A stretch of 64,000 nucleotides of DNA from Mustelus asterias (Eukaryota). The translations under genes and the position numbers were made by a program. The stretch is taken from positions 33,356,001-33,420,000 of the forward strand of contig NC_135815.1 in NCBI RefSeq assembly GCF_964213995.1, given 5' to 3'. Of the stretch, positions 1-13,447 are shown in pieces; positions within the stretch are counted from its first letter, which is position 1, and each line of letters opens with the position of its first letter. The notes beneath the pieces are model-generated. The model was given only the letters and a program-made list of their open reading frames with translations. It searched no databases and was not told the origin of the DNA.

Positions 1-21
1 TTTTAAAGGCCGATAGTCTGT

Positions 22-148
22 GGGGCAAATTTTCCCATCCTGCCCGCCATGGGAATCGCAGCAGGTGGTGGACAGACCATGCAAAGGTCCATTGACCACG
101 GGCAAGATTTTTTGTTTTTGGGGCAAGTGCGGCTGGAAAATCCTGCGC
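22..148. mobile_element. Short GC-rich MITE-like element
   Basis: Imperfect terminal inverted repeats (GGGGCAAATTTTCC ... GGAAAATCCTGCGC); same style as elements at 13325, 15934 and 24927. Confidence 0.5.
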
Positions 149-206
149 TGTTGTCGCAAAATTCCAAATTCTCAATTTGATACAAACGTTTTTGTCACTG
201 CTTAAG

Positions 207-358
207 CAAAGATGTGCGGGTTAGGTTGATTGGCCATGCTAAATTGCCACTTAGTGTCGGGAGACTAGCAAGGTAAATACGGGGTAAGGGCTGGGTGGGA
301 TTGTGGTCGGTGCAGACTCGATGGGCCGAATGGCCTCCTGCACTGTACGGATTCTATG
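207..358 (+). mobile_element. HE1-like V-SINE, 5'-truncated, CR1-type tail
   Basis: CAAAGATGTGCGGGTTAGGTTGATTGGCCATGCTAAATT ... GATGGGCCGAATGGCCTCC ... GATTCTATG; matches the 3' half of full copies in this window. Confidence 0.85.
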
Positions 359-1384
359 GATCATCCTTCAGTGCTATTCTTGACGCATTCCAACTTGTCT
401 AAAATAGCACTATGGCTCACCTCTCCGCCTGATGTCTCATTTTGTACCTCTTGTTCCTCCAACACTAGCTTACTGCCACCATCCAGCTCATTTCATGCCC
501 CACTCAAACTCTCTTTTATGATGCATTACACTGGAGTTAACTCTGAAAGCGCATTTCCTTTTTTATCCTTCCCCGTTAGTCTGTTTTTTTTTTAAAAAAA
601 AGTATCGCTTGTCCATGTTTGACAACATGTTGGTTACTTCTGATCTAATGTCTCTTACTTGCTCTCTTGAGACACTTGGGAGTTTTAGTTGTACTAAGAT
701 AACATACAGGTGCATTTATCAAATAAAAATTAACCAACTTTCATTTTCTGCTTTTTTAAAACAATTTTCTTCATTGAACGTGAAACTCAAACTGAGAATG
801 TGTAGGCAGACAACCTAATTTTTTTTGTCCTTTGCAGCCTAATTCATGATCTAAGTGTTCTAAGTTCACCCCATTATCTACCCCACCATCAACCCCCGCG
901 CAGGCTTTCACACTGATGGATGTGAAAAATAAATGCAGCTGTAGCACAGCACAGGAATGCTCAGGTTCAATCATCTTATTTGGCTTGAAGTAAAGGGCAA
1001 GCACTATATTACTGGGGTAACTCGTGGTTAGTATGAAAATAATCAGCGAGGATTTTTAGCTAATTGCTAGCTAAAATGTGCATATCTGTAGTTTATATGG
1101 GCGAGAGGCCTGAATTGTAGTGATGTTGATAATGCAGCAACGTAGTGACACAGATGGTCAAGGCCCAGACAAGTGCGGGTGTCCGTAGATCCATACTTGA
1201 GCAGTATGGCATGGAGGAGAACATAAACCTTAAACATGACCGAGATGGATCGGTTTAACTTTTTGGCACCGCATGTTGTATAGATACTGAAGCTTCAGCA
1301 GCATATTTGCAGGGCTTGTGTATGTTATACATTTCGAATACTGCCCTTAACATCTTTGTCCCAGAATGTTGGCGCTGTAATTAG

Positions 1385-3230
1385 AGGACACCCAGGCATA
1401 GAACAAAGTACAGGGGTGAGGTTAAAAAGGAAATCAGGAAAGTAACACAAGGATATAAAAAATTATTGGTGGTAAAATCAAGGAAAACCCAAAGATGTCT
1501 CATCAGTGCATTAAGAGCAAGAAAGGATGGGGTCTATCAGAGATGTACATGGCAACTTATGTGTTGATGCAGAAGATGTAGGCAATGTTTTCGAGAGCAC
1601 TTTGTCTCTGTCTTCACAAAGGAGACGGGTGATGCAGACATTCTAGTTTAAAAAGTGTGAAATATTAGATACAATAAACATTAGAAGAGAGAGTAAGTAC
1701 TGGAGTGCCTAACATCCTTGATGGTGGATAAATCACTGGGGCAGATGGGTTGTATCCCAGGTTGTTAAAGGAAGCCAGAGAGGAAACAGTTGATGCTCAC
1801 AGGATCTTATTCCGATCTTCATTTGATACAGGTAAGATACCAAAGGACTGAAGGTCTGCGAAACTGGTGTCATTTTAAAAAGGACCAAATAGTTACAGTC
1901 CGGACAGTGTGACTTTGGTGGTGAGCAAATTATAGAATCGATTCTGAGATGGAATAAGCTGTAATTTAGACAAGAATGGATTAATCGGGGATAGTCAATG
2001 ATTTTGTTAGGGGAAGATCGTAATCTTACTAATTTACATTATTTTTTTGAGGAAGTGACCAGAAAGAATTCATGAGGGTAGTGGAGTGGATGTTGCATGG
2101 ATTTCAGTGAGGCATTTTACAAGGACTCGCATGGCAGACTGGTCAGAAAAGTAAGACCCATGGGATGCAGGAGAATTGTGGCAATTTGGATTCAAACTTG
2201 GCTGAGCAACAGTAATGGTTGGTTGTTTTTGCAATTTGAAGGTAGTGTTCTACAGGGCTTGGGGTTGGTCCCTTGCCGTTTGTTGTCTAGATTAATGATT
2301 TAGGCTTAAGTGTGGGAGGCATGATTGGGAAGCTTGTAGAAGACACAAAAAATCAGCCGTGTGGTTAACAGTGAACAGTCAACTCCAGAATGATATCTGG
2401 GATTTGGCTGAGTGGATGGTAAAGTGGAAAATGGAATTCAATCAAGAGGAGTGTGAGATAATGCATTTGGAGAGGGCACACAAAGCGAGGGAATACACAA
2501 AAATAGGAGGATAGTGAGAGGGGGTGTGAGAGATCTTGGCGTGCATATCCACTGGTCTCTGAAGGTGGCAGGACAGGTAGATATTAAAGAAAGCAAATGG
2601 AATGCTTTACTTCACCAGACAAGATATTGAATACAAAAGCAGGGATTATTATGCTGGGACTGTATAAAGTGCTGGTTCGCCCACAACTGTAATTTTGTGT
2701 ACAGTTCTGGTCACCACCTTCCCGGAAGGATGTAATTGTTCTGAAGTGAGTGCAGAGGAGGTTTCCAAGAATGTTGCCACAGCTTGAAAATTCCAGCTAC
2801 GAGACTGGAATTCTTGAATTATTGGATAAGCTGAGATTGCTTTCTTTAGAACAGAGGAGGCTGGGGGTGACTTAATTGAGGTGCAGAAGATTGTTCGGGA
2901 CCAAGATGGATAGGCAGCAAAGACCTGTTACTTCTAGTGGAGAGATCATTTACCAGTGATTGGTAGAACGATTCAATAGGATATGCGCAAAAAGTTCTTC
3001 ACCTTGAGAGTGGTGGGAGTCTGGAATTTGCTGCCAGGTTTGGTCATGGAGGCAGAAGCCCTTACCTCATTTAAAAGGTACCTGGAGCTGCAGCTGAAGT
3101 GCCGTAACCTGCAAGGTTATGGACTTGGTGCTGGAAGGACAGATTAGAATGGGCAGCTCGTTTGTTTTTTTGTGGTTAGTGCCGACATGATGGGCTGGAT
3201 ATCCTCTTTCTGTGCCTTAACTTTTCTGTG
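1385..3230 (+). mobile_element. Decayed CR1-clade LINE, ORF2 RT region and 3' end
   Basis: ORF 2097-2303 DFSEAFYKDSHGRL resembles the CR1 RT motif DFSKAFDKVPHGRL; downstream remnants of LYKALVRPQL, QFWSP and RVVGVWN; many stops and frameshifts. Confidence 0.85.
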
Positions 3231-5144
3231 GGAACCCTGTGGACATCCTGATCTATCGACCTACTTAGGAATTGCCTTGGAAGTTTCAACTTCAGATGGG
3301 CAGTTCCCCTGCTCCCCACGACGATCTGAGAATGTTTCTGACTTTGAGCTCGAGGCATTAACTTTCTTACTTGGGTAGTTAACCAGGAAATGCTAAATTA
3401 AAACAGGGTGCAACGCCTGGTGAAGTTTATAATTGCAATGGCCATCTGATTGTTATTGCCACCGCTTGGAAAATCTGGGCCTCTCTTGCCCTCCTTGCTG
3501 GACCTGCTGCGAATTTCCAACACTTGCATTTTATATTTCAGATTTGTGCAACATTTTGCTTTTGTTTTAATGACTTGTACAGACTCAGTGACTTGTCCTG
3601 TAATTTATGTTCTATTTTCTATATGATATAACCCAACATCTTACTTGCCACTGACAATACTGCAAATAGTTTCAATGTTCTATCCAACAGTATCCGTCAA
3701 TCCCTTTGCTGCACTGTACAAACCATGTTTAGTTAAGTTTGCAGTGTTTATTTTTTGACACTTGTAACTTTGCACTTGTTATTAGGATTAGATATGGTCT
3801 TTCTCAGCTTAACTTTCCTGTTGTTCCAGGCGCCTCTGTACCTAATCAACCTGCTCTTCATTGTTGGTAGTTTCTTGTAACAAGTCATCAAGTTTGGGAA
3901 ATTTTGTTGCAATTGCTACTTGAGTTTGTTGCTGTGGAATATGAACAGCAAATGTCACTACTGATTTTTCAACCACACCCCCCCATTAATTATTTTTTGC
4001 CATTCTAATACAGCTCCATGTCTCACTATCTTCAAAGCAGCCGGTTTAAAGTACAATGATATAATTGCCCACTATGTATTTCTGTCATTTGTGCCAAGTT
4101 CCTGGTACTGGTATCATATCAGAACATCCATAAAGCTTTTGATAAGTAAGCAACATCCATGGGTTTGGCCTTTATCCATAAATTCTGGTAAACCAGTCAA
4201 AAATGATCACACCTGATTGCACTCTGACCTGTAAACTCTCTTTGCCTTCATTGATATCCCCTCCCTCTCTTTCCTCAAATAAAAGCTATACCAAATTTCC
4301 CTGACTTGATGCCCTTTATTCAGGATAGTCTGTTAAAGTTTGAACAATTTGATGAAGTTAATTTCTAGCATATCCCTTTTGTCCTATTTTTAAAGGAGGT
4401 TATGGTCCCTTCTCTGATAGTTCCTTATTGCTACTTAGTATTATCTTTAAAATGTTCTCATTTCACAGAAAATAAACCTTTATTCTTGTGAGTAAATGGG
4501 TCGCTTTTATGAACATTTGACACAAAAAATGTTCAGGATATTCTCTGAAGAATAGCAAGCTTCAAGTCATGGATTCCAACATTGTGCCACCCCCACTTGC
4601 TGTGATCATTTTCCCTCTTCATTTCCCCTCACTGCATCCGTTCTTTCGATCTCATCTTAGCCGTGTTTTCACTATCCCCGCTTATCTTTCTCCCTCTGAC
4701 GCTGAACAATTAGACCTTCAGCTTCATCCCCTTGCAACCCCATTGGTGATCTGCATTTTGTGGTTAGCAGTGAAGCACCAACTCTCATCACAGACCCTTC
4801 TGTGGGTTGGAATGCCCCCTGTTTTATGTCAGTTTGGGAGATCTCTCGGCATCTAGCAATGTGTCATGAAGCAGGATAAATATCTAATCATGTTGAAGTG
4901 TTAAGGAAAGCAAACCAAGAAGTTAAAAGCATGAAATATTTAATTTTGCTTAAAATTTTACAGTGTTAAATAAATGATTGGAGTTCAGATGTCAGTTCAA
5001 ATATCTTTAACTTAAAAATATACATATCTTTATATGGGGAGGGGAAAAAACAGATCAGCGTGCAAGGTTTCATTAAGTGCGATTTTCACCCAAAGTGTAA
5101 CTTGTTTTTTTGCTTGTGCTTTCTCCCTTCAGTTTGTCGCCTAG

Positions 5145-5492
5145 TCATAGAAATCATAGAAACCCGACAGTGCAGAAAGAGGCCATTTGGCCCATCGAGT
5201 CTGCACCGACCACAACCCCACCCAGGCCCTACCCCCATATCCCTACATATTTACCCGCTAATCCTGCTAACCTACGCATCTCAGGGCACTAAGGGGCAAT
5301 TTTAGCATGGCTAATCAACCTAACCCGCACATCTTTGGACTGTGGGAGGAAACCGGAGCACCCGGAGGAAACCCACGCAGACACGAGGAGAATGTGCAAA
5401 CTCCACACAGACAGAGACCTAAGCCGGGAATCGAACCCAGGTCCCTGGAGCTGTGAAGCAGCAGTGCTAACCATTGTGCTACCGTGCCACCC
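5145..5492 (-). mobile_element. HE1-like V-SINE, full length, CR1-type tail
   Basis: Minus strand has a tRNA-derived head (A box ..GCACAATGGTTAG, B box GGTTCGATTCC), the central GGGTTTCCTCCGGGTGCTCCGGTTTCCTCCC domain and a (TTCTATGA)n-type tail. Confidence 0.92.
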
Positions 5493-5507
5493 AAAAAAAA
5501 ACATATA

Positions 5508-6360
5508 TTAGCAGCTACAATGGCACAACAATTTTGAGTCTTATGTTAGAGAGCAAACCTTCCAAAGAGTCATATTGGTCTCAAAACATTACTGTATGTT
5601 TCCGTTAATATATGTAACATCAATATATGTTTAACATTAATATATGTTTCCGTGAAGCCAAAAAAAGTGCAACTTAGTTCCATGGATGCCAAGGGTATTC
5701 TTTATGTTGGAGCCTGGAGCATGTCAGCAGATTGTTTACAATCCTGTCCTGTTATGATGTTTGTGCTTTTAAATTTTGAGTTATTGGAAATCCTGCTATA
5801 TTTCCTGAATTCTTCTCCCCCTTCATTTTCTTCATCTTCCTCTTAACATTATAGAGTCTGAATTTTATTTTTGTTGCTTCTATACCTGTGGTTTGTGATG
5901 AGAAGTTAGACATCAAACCTGAGCCCTTCTTAGTTGATGTCATACTTCTGATTAATTACGAGGAGATTTGCTGTGGCGATTCTGAAGGTATCCAAGCCCA
6001 AACTCCAACCAAAATATCGCAGACATGATTGAATGGAACCCAATAAAACACCCTGTACTAGCGAAAAGTTGTCAAAGCATCAAAATTCCAGTTCTCCTCC
6101 ACAAAGAAATCCCAGCAACCTCATCTCACTCATGTCACATGGGAGGGATTTTTTTCAATTGATATGCGAAGAATGAACTCTATTTCTATTTCATATTTCC
6201 AGCATCTGCAGTATTTTGTTTTTATTTCGATAATAAACAAAAAGCTTAGTTGGCCTGTCAACACCTGTGGAGGGAGTAATGTTTTGAGACTAATATGACT
6301 CTTTGGAAGGTTTGCTCTATAAAATAAGACTCAAAATTGTTGTGCCATTGTAGCTGCTAA
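5508..6360. repeat. 86-bp inverted duplication (arms 5508-5593 and 6275-6360)
   Basis: Manual alignment of arm 1 with the reverse complement of arm 2 gives 83/86 identity. Confidence 0.9.
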
Positions 6361-6365
6361 CCCTT

Positions 6366-7480
6366 TGTGTTAGGGTCAGTAGCATGACAATTGTAATGTG
6401 GCACTCCAGGTGTCATCAGGAACAAAAGCTATTTATTGAGAGAGACAAACTTGGTACAGGCTGTTATGGAGAAGCCTATCCAACTGCTCCAGTCTTCACG
6501 TGCTTACTACATGGCTTCCAGATGTATTCTGCCTGAGATGAGACTCGACCTAATGGGGTGATCACTCACGCTTGGTTCCCATTGGTCCCTCAAGTTCGGT
6601 GACCCTCTTCTGTTGTGCTGTCTTAGAGACAGGCATCACAATCAACATATCCCACCCCCCCCATAACTTTGTTATAGAATCGTCAAAATCGATTTACTCA
6701 AACCCACATGCTAAATGAACAATATATACACAAGTTAGATATTTGGAAATCAATGTAGCAATTATTCAATGATGAGATCTTGAGGCTTGCATTTAACACA
6801 ACACTTCTACTAGTCAGCTTCAACCATGCATAGTTACCAATCTGCTCTTGCATGGGACTTTTCCATACAGGCTTGCTGGTTTCTGACCAAGACTCTGCAC
6901 TGGCCAAGGACTACATACTTTACTCTGCGGACAATGTCACTCTCCAGTCCTCCGTTGACCTTTTTCTCTGTCAAGCACCTTAGTCTACAATGCATGCAGA
7001 TGCCATCATCAAAATACTATAGTCTTGTGTCTTGACAGCTAAATCACAAACTTGGTCATGTTACTTATGATGGAAATGGTCATGGTACCTTATTTCTGAC
7101 ACTTGGGTCATGTAATAAAGTTTCTTCTCTTCCTAGCATTTCAATTCAGCATTGTTGCTTTTCCATAGAGTTTGGCTTATTTGACATCTTCTCCTGCAAG
7201 TGTTGCCCCATCAACATTCTAACCTCAACTTGCAGCCCTTTGAGAAATTTCCAGTCCACTAACGTCTTCCTTCAGCTGAACGCTCTATTGCTGAGCGCAT
7301 CAGAGTTCTTCCTCAAACTACTGCAGATTTCCAGTCAGAATACTTGCTGTCATCAAAGAGAATCACAAGGAATGGGGATTCGTTCAATGCTGCAGTTCCT
7401 CTTTCAGATTTCAGATGTGTGGAGTGATCTCATAAGTTGAGTGACACAGCATTAGACAATTTGTTCTTGTGATTTGGAAG
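6366..7480 (-). mobile_element. Gypsy-like LTR retrotransposon remnant (3' LTR ~6366-6647, PPT ~6651-6662, decayed internal part)
   Basis: On the minus strand a G-rich polypurine tract is followed by TGTTG...AATAAA...AACACA; the internal portion is heavily decayed and its extent uncertain. Confidence 0.5.
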
Positions 7481-8096
7481 TGATGGGAACGTTTTTTAAA
7501 AATACTATTTTTAAAACAGTTAGATTAATTGGAAATTGGACCTAGGAACATCTTGGCCTTTTGTCAACCTGCTCACAACCGGAGCTGGGGGATATCATGA
7601 CTTTGTATTACAGCACGGGGAAAAGATGGAGATTGGGGAGACAAGATTCACAAGATTGCAAGATGTTGCAATATTAAAATAGCTTTCCAGTTGCTATTGT
7701 TGATGTCACCCAAGTGCAACTGTTTACAGCTCAGAATTCATTCTGGTTTTCTTGGGAGGAAAAAGGAACTTGTGGTGATTCAGAAATGGATTGGATTTTT
7801 TTTTGTTTTCTTTTTCTATGCTATCTATGATTAAAGTTCCCTCAAACAGTTGAATTATTTTTCAAACGTAATCCAAGGTTTCAGGAAGAGAATGTAGTGC
7901 AAGGTGAGGATAGGTATGTTGTCATTATTTCTGCCTGTGACAACCAATGCAGCAAACTCAATTGAGTCGGGAGTCGGCAAAAATGCTGCAGCCGATTCTC
8001 GGCTAAAATGCAAAAAGATACATTTTGTTTTCTGGAAGTATTTTATTGTTATCAGCCACTTGACAAGTATACTGTTAATACAGGTGCTACCACCAC

Positions 8097-8131
8097 CTCC
8101 CCCCCGCTCTCCCCCCCCCCCCCCCCCCCCC
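8097..8131. repeat. Poly-C tract
   Basis: Run of ~21 C preceded by shorter C runs and followed by an A run. Confidence 0.9.
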
Positions 8132-8222
8132 AAAAAAAATGGACCAGACTTTTATCATTGCAGAATCACCAAGTTTCTGGTTGCTTGAATTTGCAGAGGA
8201 ATGTGTGCCTTGTGGTAACTTG

Positions 8223-8985
8223 TGTTAAGAACCAGGCCAGAAACCCCCAAGGTCTTTTGTGGAGACAGGGCAAGTTTTACATTTGATTATGGCGTGGGTG
8301 CGCATTAGGTGTTTCACTCCAGTTATGATTTAAGTGACTTACGAGGAAGCTTTTATCAAACAAAGTTTATTGAAGAAGACAGTTAAAATATAACAAAAAT
8401 CATTAGCATAATTTTTGCCAATTACACGATTTAAGTATGACACAGTAAAATCCTTAACAGCTAGTTATCTATGTTCCAAGTCAAACGCCATCCCACACAT
8501 CCTTCTCCAGGCTCAGCACAAAAAGCAAGTTGGCTCACGTGATGCTGGAACTTCAGTTTTTTAACACCTGCTGCGAATTGGTCCTTTGAATGTCGGATCA
8601 ATCCTCCAAGGCTGCTCAGTCTTGCAGCTTCCAAAATGCCTCTGGAGAGAGAAAGAGAGACAGGGAGACACTGTCTTCTTCCACCAGCAACTGAAATAAA
8701 ACTCAAAATTTTGAATGCTCTGTAAAAAAACAAAGAAAAGAAAAATAGTTTTCTCCAGGCATATCACCTGACCTGTCAATCATCCTCAATCAAGCTCCAC
8801 TAAGCAATCCCAAGGCACGCTATAAACCACATGACCATGCATTAGTTCAGCTTAAAATCAGCATGCTGTCCATTATACTGCTTCAGTAACAGTTAGAGGA
8901 CACCGGCTGCAAACACACGGTGCCAACAAATTCCTGCAGGGAAACAAGATTAAAATACATTTCTTAAAGGCACAGTGCTGTCACA
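8223..8985 (-). mobile_element. Solo LTR (763 bp) with 4-bp TSD
   Basis: Termini TG...CA (TGTTAAGA ... GTCACA); CTTG duplicated at 8219-8222 and 8986-8989; minus-strand AATAAA near 8366-8371. Confidence 0.75.
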
Positions 8986-9765
8986 CTTGTCCTGCTTATT
9001 TTTGCTGGCATCTGTGTTGGGGAAAATGCCTTTTCTCCTGCCTCTTGATGACACACCTGAGGCCATGAGCCCACTCTGCCACCTTGTGTGACAAGTCTTA
9101 AACAAAGGATAATTTCCTGTTCAGAAACAATTTTTTCTTTAAGTATTCTTTGTCCATTGAATCTGCTAGGATCAGTATTTTTAAAAGAGGGCATATCCAT
9201 TCCATACTATGCAACTTCTTTTGAGCTGTCTGTCATAACCTTGTGTCTGCAGCAGGTACACAAATTGGTAGTTTTGGTCAGGTTGGTGGGGATTGTAGAG
9301 AAATTCATTTGGTGGTAATTATGCTTTCTTGCCGAGGTTATAATAAATTGATGCAGAGTGGGTAAAGCTTTGATCTACGCTGTGACCAACCTTGGAGACT
9401 AGTTGATGCTGAAATTGACGTGTCCAAAATGGGGGAAGGGGGGGGGTGGTGAGTCTGGAGGTGTTGCACACAATTTCCAAACTAGGGAAGTTTCTAAAGC
9501 ATTGAAGAGTGTTGGTTGAAAAAGTACCTTTTATATTGTGATGCGTATCCATACTTCTATGTTCTTTCACATCATTGGTGCTGCACTGATTGGTTTACCT
9601 AATTTTACCACTCGGATCTCTCTCAAAAAATAAAATTGTAGTAAATGCAACCCACCTTTCTAATTACATTCATATTCCTGGATACTAATCCCTGAAATTT
9701 AACTCGTGTGGTGCTTGCTATAATGACAAATGGAATTTATTCAATGAAGAGCTGAATCATGTTTA

Positions 9766-10079
9766 GGACGGCACGATGGCACAATGGTTAGCACTGCTAC
9801 CTCACAGCGCCAAGGACCCGGGTTCGATTCTCAGCTTGGGTTACTGTCTGTGCGGAGTCTGCACGTTCTCCCCTTTCTGCATGGGTTTCCTCTGGGTGCT
9901 CCGGTTTCCTCCCATGCTCCAAATGCACGGGTTAGGTTAATTGGCCATGCTAAATTGCCTCTTAGTATCAGGTAACACGGTAAATACATGTGGTTAAGGT
10001 GATAGGGCCCGAGTGCAATTCTTGTTGGTGCAGGCTCGATTGGCTGAATGGTCTACTTCTGCACTGTCGGGATTCTATG
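9766..10079 (+). mobile_element. HE1-like V-SINE, full length, CR1-type tail
   Basis: A box TGGCACAATGG, B box GGTTCGATTC, central domain, ends GATTCTATG. Confidence 0.9.
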
Positions 10080-12174
10080 TAATTTATTAAAATCCAATGT
10101 CATATTCTTAGTCTGTGTGCATTGACTTCAGCTGTGTTAATGGATTGTCTGCTGTGCCTCATCTCTGCGCTTTAGTTAGGGAAGAGCAAACCAGTCAGGC
10201 AGGCAATTAAGTATTCCTGCTGAAGTGCGTGCTCTGAATGTTGTTGTTGAGGGTGGGGCAAAGCAAGAGCGGATTGGTTCCATCAGTTGTATCCCTCGAG
10301 TCGGGTTATCTGCCAGACTTCTTCCAGGCCTGGCTGAAGAACAGCAACTTGAATCAAGTTCTGGACAGTGCCGTGTGTCTGCACCTTTGCAGGTATTAAG
10401 TGCTGCAAGGAAGGGTACAGAGAAAATTTGGTGAAAGGAAATTGGCATTTTTCTCCATGCTTAATTTTCATCAAACAAGAAAATGACGGGTTTGGGCTTT
10501 TGAGGAATGCTGCAATCTTCTAGTTAATTTAATTTGCACCTGCCACTACTGGGCCACATGACCTGCTTTTTCGGCGCTCTGATCTGATGCTATTTGTCCA
10601 GCATCCGATCACATCACTTCACTATTCGATAGTGATTTGAAGTGCAGAGACCATTACACAGATACATGTTGACTTGGGGATTTGAACCTTTAATTTTACT
10701 TTCATAATGTAACTTCTGTTCAGTGAATAAATCAAAAGCAAACTGTTATTGACAACATTAATATTTCATTTTCTACAACGCCCAGTCATTAATTGATTTA
10801 ATCATGTACAACATAATCCACCTCTGGTTATGTAACTTGCTGATCAGCAAAAGTAAATGGCAATTCAAATTTTGTGTATTTTGAGAGGAACCACATTTCA
10901 CTATTTAAGACAAGTAATGGTGTGTAAAGATGCCTATTTTACACATTACTGTATTTGTCATTGTATATTTTTTCAACTGAGTAGGATGGAAGCAAATTAG
11001 ACTCGAGTCAAGAGTGGAAATTTTGTGAGTAGCCCATTGTAAGTGCAGTGTAAGAATGAAAATGTAACTTGGTTGTGTTCTGTGGTTATTAGGTTTCCTC
11101 TACACATGTACAGTAACATGAGCCTATTTACTGAAACTGTGGTTGAAACTCTTTTGTACAATGTATAATTTCTTGTAAGTAAGAATCCTACAGTGGTTCA
11201 TTGCCCACAACTGCACTCATTCAAGTCACTGTAAGCTGTAATGATTTTTTTTTTGTGTAAGTAGATTTTTCTAAAAATATCAGAAGCAGGAAATGCAGAA
11301 GGGTATGACGAGTTGTGAGAGTTTGAATTGTTGTAACGTGGCTTCATTCTTACCATCCAGTGCTGTATATGACACTTTCTCATGTCCAGTGTTGCAGATT
11401 TGTGTATCTGTTTGTAATAAACTATACTCCAGATCGTTGGTGATGGGACTTCAGGTGAGGTGTGCGTCAGGACCCCACCCCATGGAAGGCCTTGCGTATG
11501 CACATGCGCAGAAATTGCCCAGAAAGTTTAAACTTCTGAAAGGCTGATTTCATCTGTGAAAGTGTCTTGACACAGCTCAGGATGGAGACTTGGGCCTGGA
11601 TACTAACCCTGGAAAAGTTGCGCACTTGAATACCAAGTTTACCCTCGCGATTAGCCAACATAAGTGAACTGAGCTTCGACCCACCATTAACCACCAGACT
11701 ATTCCACACACCACCCACCCATAATTTCAAAAGGGAGAAAATTCTGTTCCATGTGCAACCGAAAATTAAATTAGTTGTGCATTTTGCCATGTATATTTTA
11801 TGGTGCTGAGTTATTGTGTACTATGAGACCAACAATGTGAAGCACTAATGGTGAATTCACATTCAGGCCATTTTTGTATTGTCTGTTACAGATGTGCAAG
11901 AATGATGCTGAAGGGAAGATCTGAGTGCTGCTGTTCCTGATTTTGTTTTCAACATGCTGCTGGCTTCCTTTGGATACTTTTGGACTTAAATGAGTCCCAG
12001 TTCTGCATTTCACATTCTTGGCAATAGTAAGTGGCAACTCTGCAAAAATTGCCAATAGCACATGCTTGGTGCAAGTGGGTGAATGGGAGGGAGAGGGGGA
12101 GGGGGACAGCTAATGGTGGTGGCGAGTAAGGTCCCTGTCGGCGCTCGTAATTGTGAGGCTCAGGCTAATGATCA

Positions 12175-12460
12175 AATGCCACCATGACAGCCGGTGGAAA
12201 TTCAATTCATAAACAAGTTTGGAATTGGTGAACATGAAACAAAAAACCCATCTGGTTCACTCCTGTGCATTTAGGGAAGAAAGTCCACTATCCTTCTTCG
12301 GTCTGGCCTGCATGTGACACTCTGCACAGCAATTTCTTTGATGCTGAACAGCCCACAGAAAATTGGCCTGGTAAGCCACTCAGCTGAAGGGTACTTGGGA
12401 ATGGTTAACAAATACTGACTTTGCCTAGAATGCCCACTTCCCGGGAAAGATTAAATAAAA
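12175..12460 (+). mobile_element. Deu-domain SINE (SacSINE1-like), decayed
   Basis: AAAAACCCATCTGGTTCACT...TTTAGGGAAG...GTCTGGCCTGCATGTGAC core; homologous to the minus-strand copy at 30070-30375. Confidence 0.6.
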
Positions 12461-12559
12461 AGACAGATGCCCAAGGTAGATCGAGTGCATGCCGAGAGAG
12501 AGGAGGTAGATTCTGTGCTATCCACATTTTAGGCTTGTCTTGCACCAGCTCACTAGCTG

Positions 12560-12800
12560 AGGAATGTCTTTACTCGTAGTGGTGAATCTATGGAATTCAC
12601 TACCACAGCAAGTAGTTGAGGGCAAAACATGTGATTTGAAGAAGAAATTCAAGAGAGCTCTTGGGGCTAAAGGGATCAAGGGAGAGAGGGAAAGGCGGGA
12701 TCAGGATATTGAATTTGACAATCAGCCATGATCAAATTGAATGGCAGAGTAGATTCGAAGGGCTGAATGGCCTTTTCCTGCTTCTATTTTCTGTGTTTCT
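12560..12800 (+). mobile_element. CR1 LINE 3'-end fragment
   Basis: GTGGTGAATCTATGGAATTCACTACCACAG (VVNLWNSLPQ) and 3' UTR GGGCTGAATGGCCT...CTGCTTCTAT. Confidence 0.75.
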
Positions 12801-13324
12801 TAAAATGAATGTAATAACAAAAGCTTGAAGGAAAGCTGCAGGACCAAGCATATGGAGCAGAGGAATGGGACAGATTGGATTGCTTTAGAGAGCTGTGCTG
12901 ACTGGTCTCCCTCTGCCATAATGACTCTAAAAGCAGTAAATGTAATTTTGAATCAGCATACCTTTGTGCAGGATTTTCACTTTGAGACAGGTTTCTAGTT
13001 AATGAAGATACTTGCTGCATTTCCTTTTAAGATTAAGATTAAATGCTGGTCTTGAAATGGTTTCCTATTTGTTTCAAAGACATTCTTGATGGGGAACAGT
13101 AAGATGTTTGTGCACTTGGGACCTTATAAACTTAAGTGTTTCAATGGCATAGAATTATTACCTGGCTTCTAGATAGAGGCCTTTATGCACAGTGAAGTAT
13201 TTACTGTTGTAAAGGTGTGCATGCGACACGTGCACACGCACACATTGTTTTACCATTTTATACTGAAAAGCCTGGATTTAGACTGCTGTATCCAGTTAGT
13301 TTGTAAATCTCTCTACCGAAAGTG

Positions 13325-13447
13325 GGCAGAGATAATGGGCGGGATGCTCCAGCAATGCTCATCCCGTCCCCACTGTCAACAAGAATGGTGAATTTGGCGC
13401 TCAGCCAAAACTCCATTCACCGCAGTGGGACCGGAGAATCCCAGCCA
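13325..13447. mobile_element. MITE-like element
   Basis: GGGCGGGATGCTCC ... GGAGAATCCCAGCC inverted ends; shares TTTGGCGCTCAGCCAAAACTCCATTCAC with the copy at 15934. Confidence 0.6.

Noticed and set aside
7855-8286. Gly- or Pro-rich ORFs
   Set aside because: Artefacts of the poly-C tract.
11490-11512. NRF1-like motif (GCACATGCGCA) as a promoter
   Set aside because: No CpG island or other promoter context; probably part of a decayed repeat. No clear TRERF1 promoter is visible in the window.
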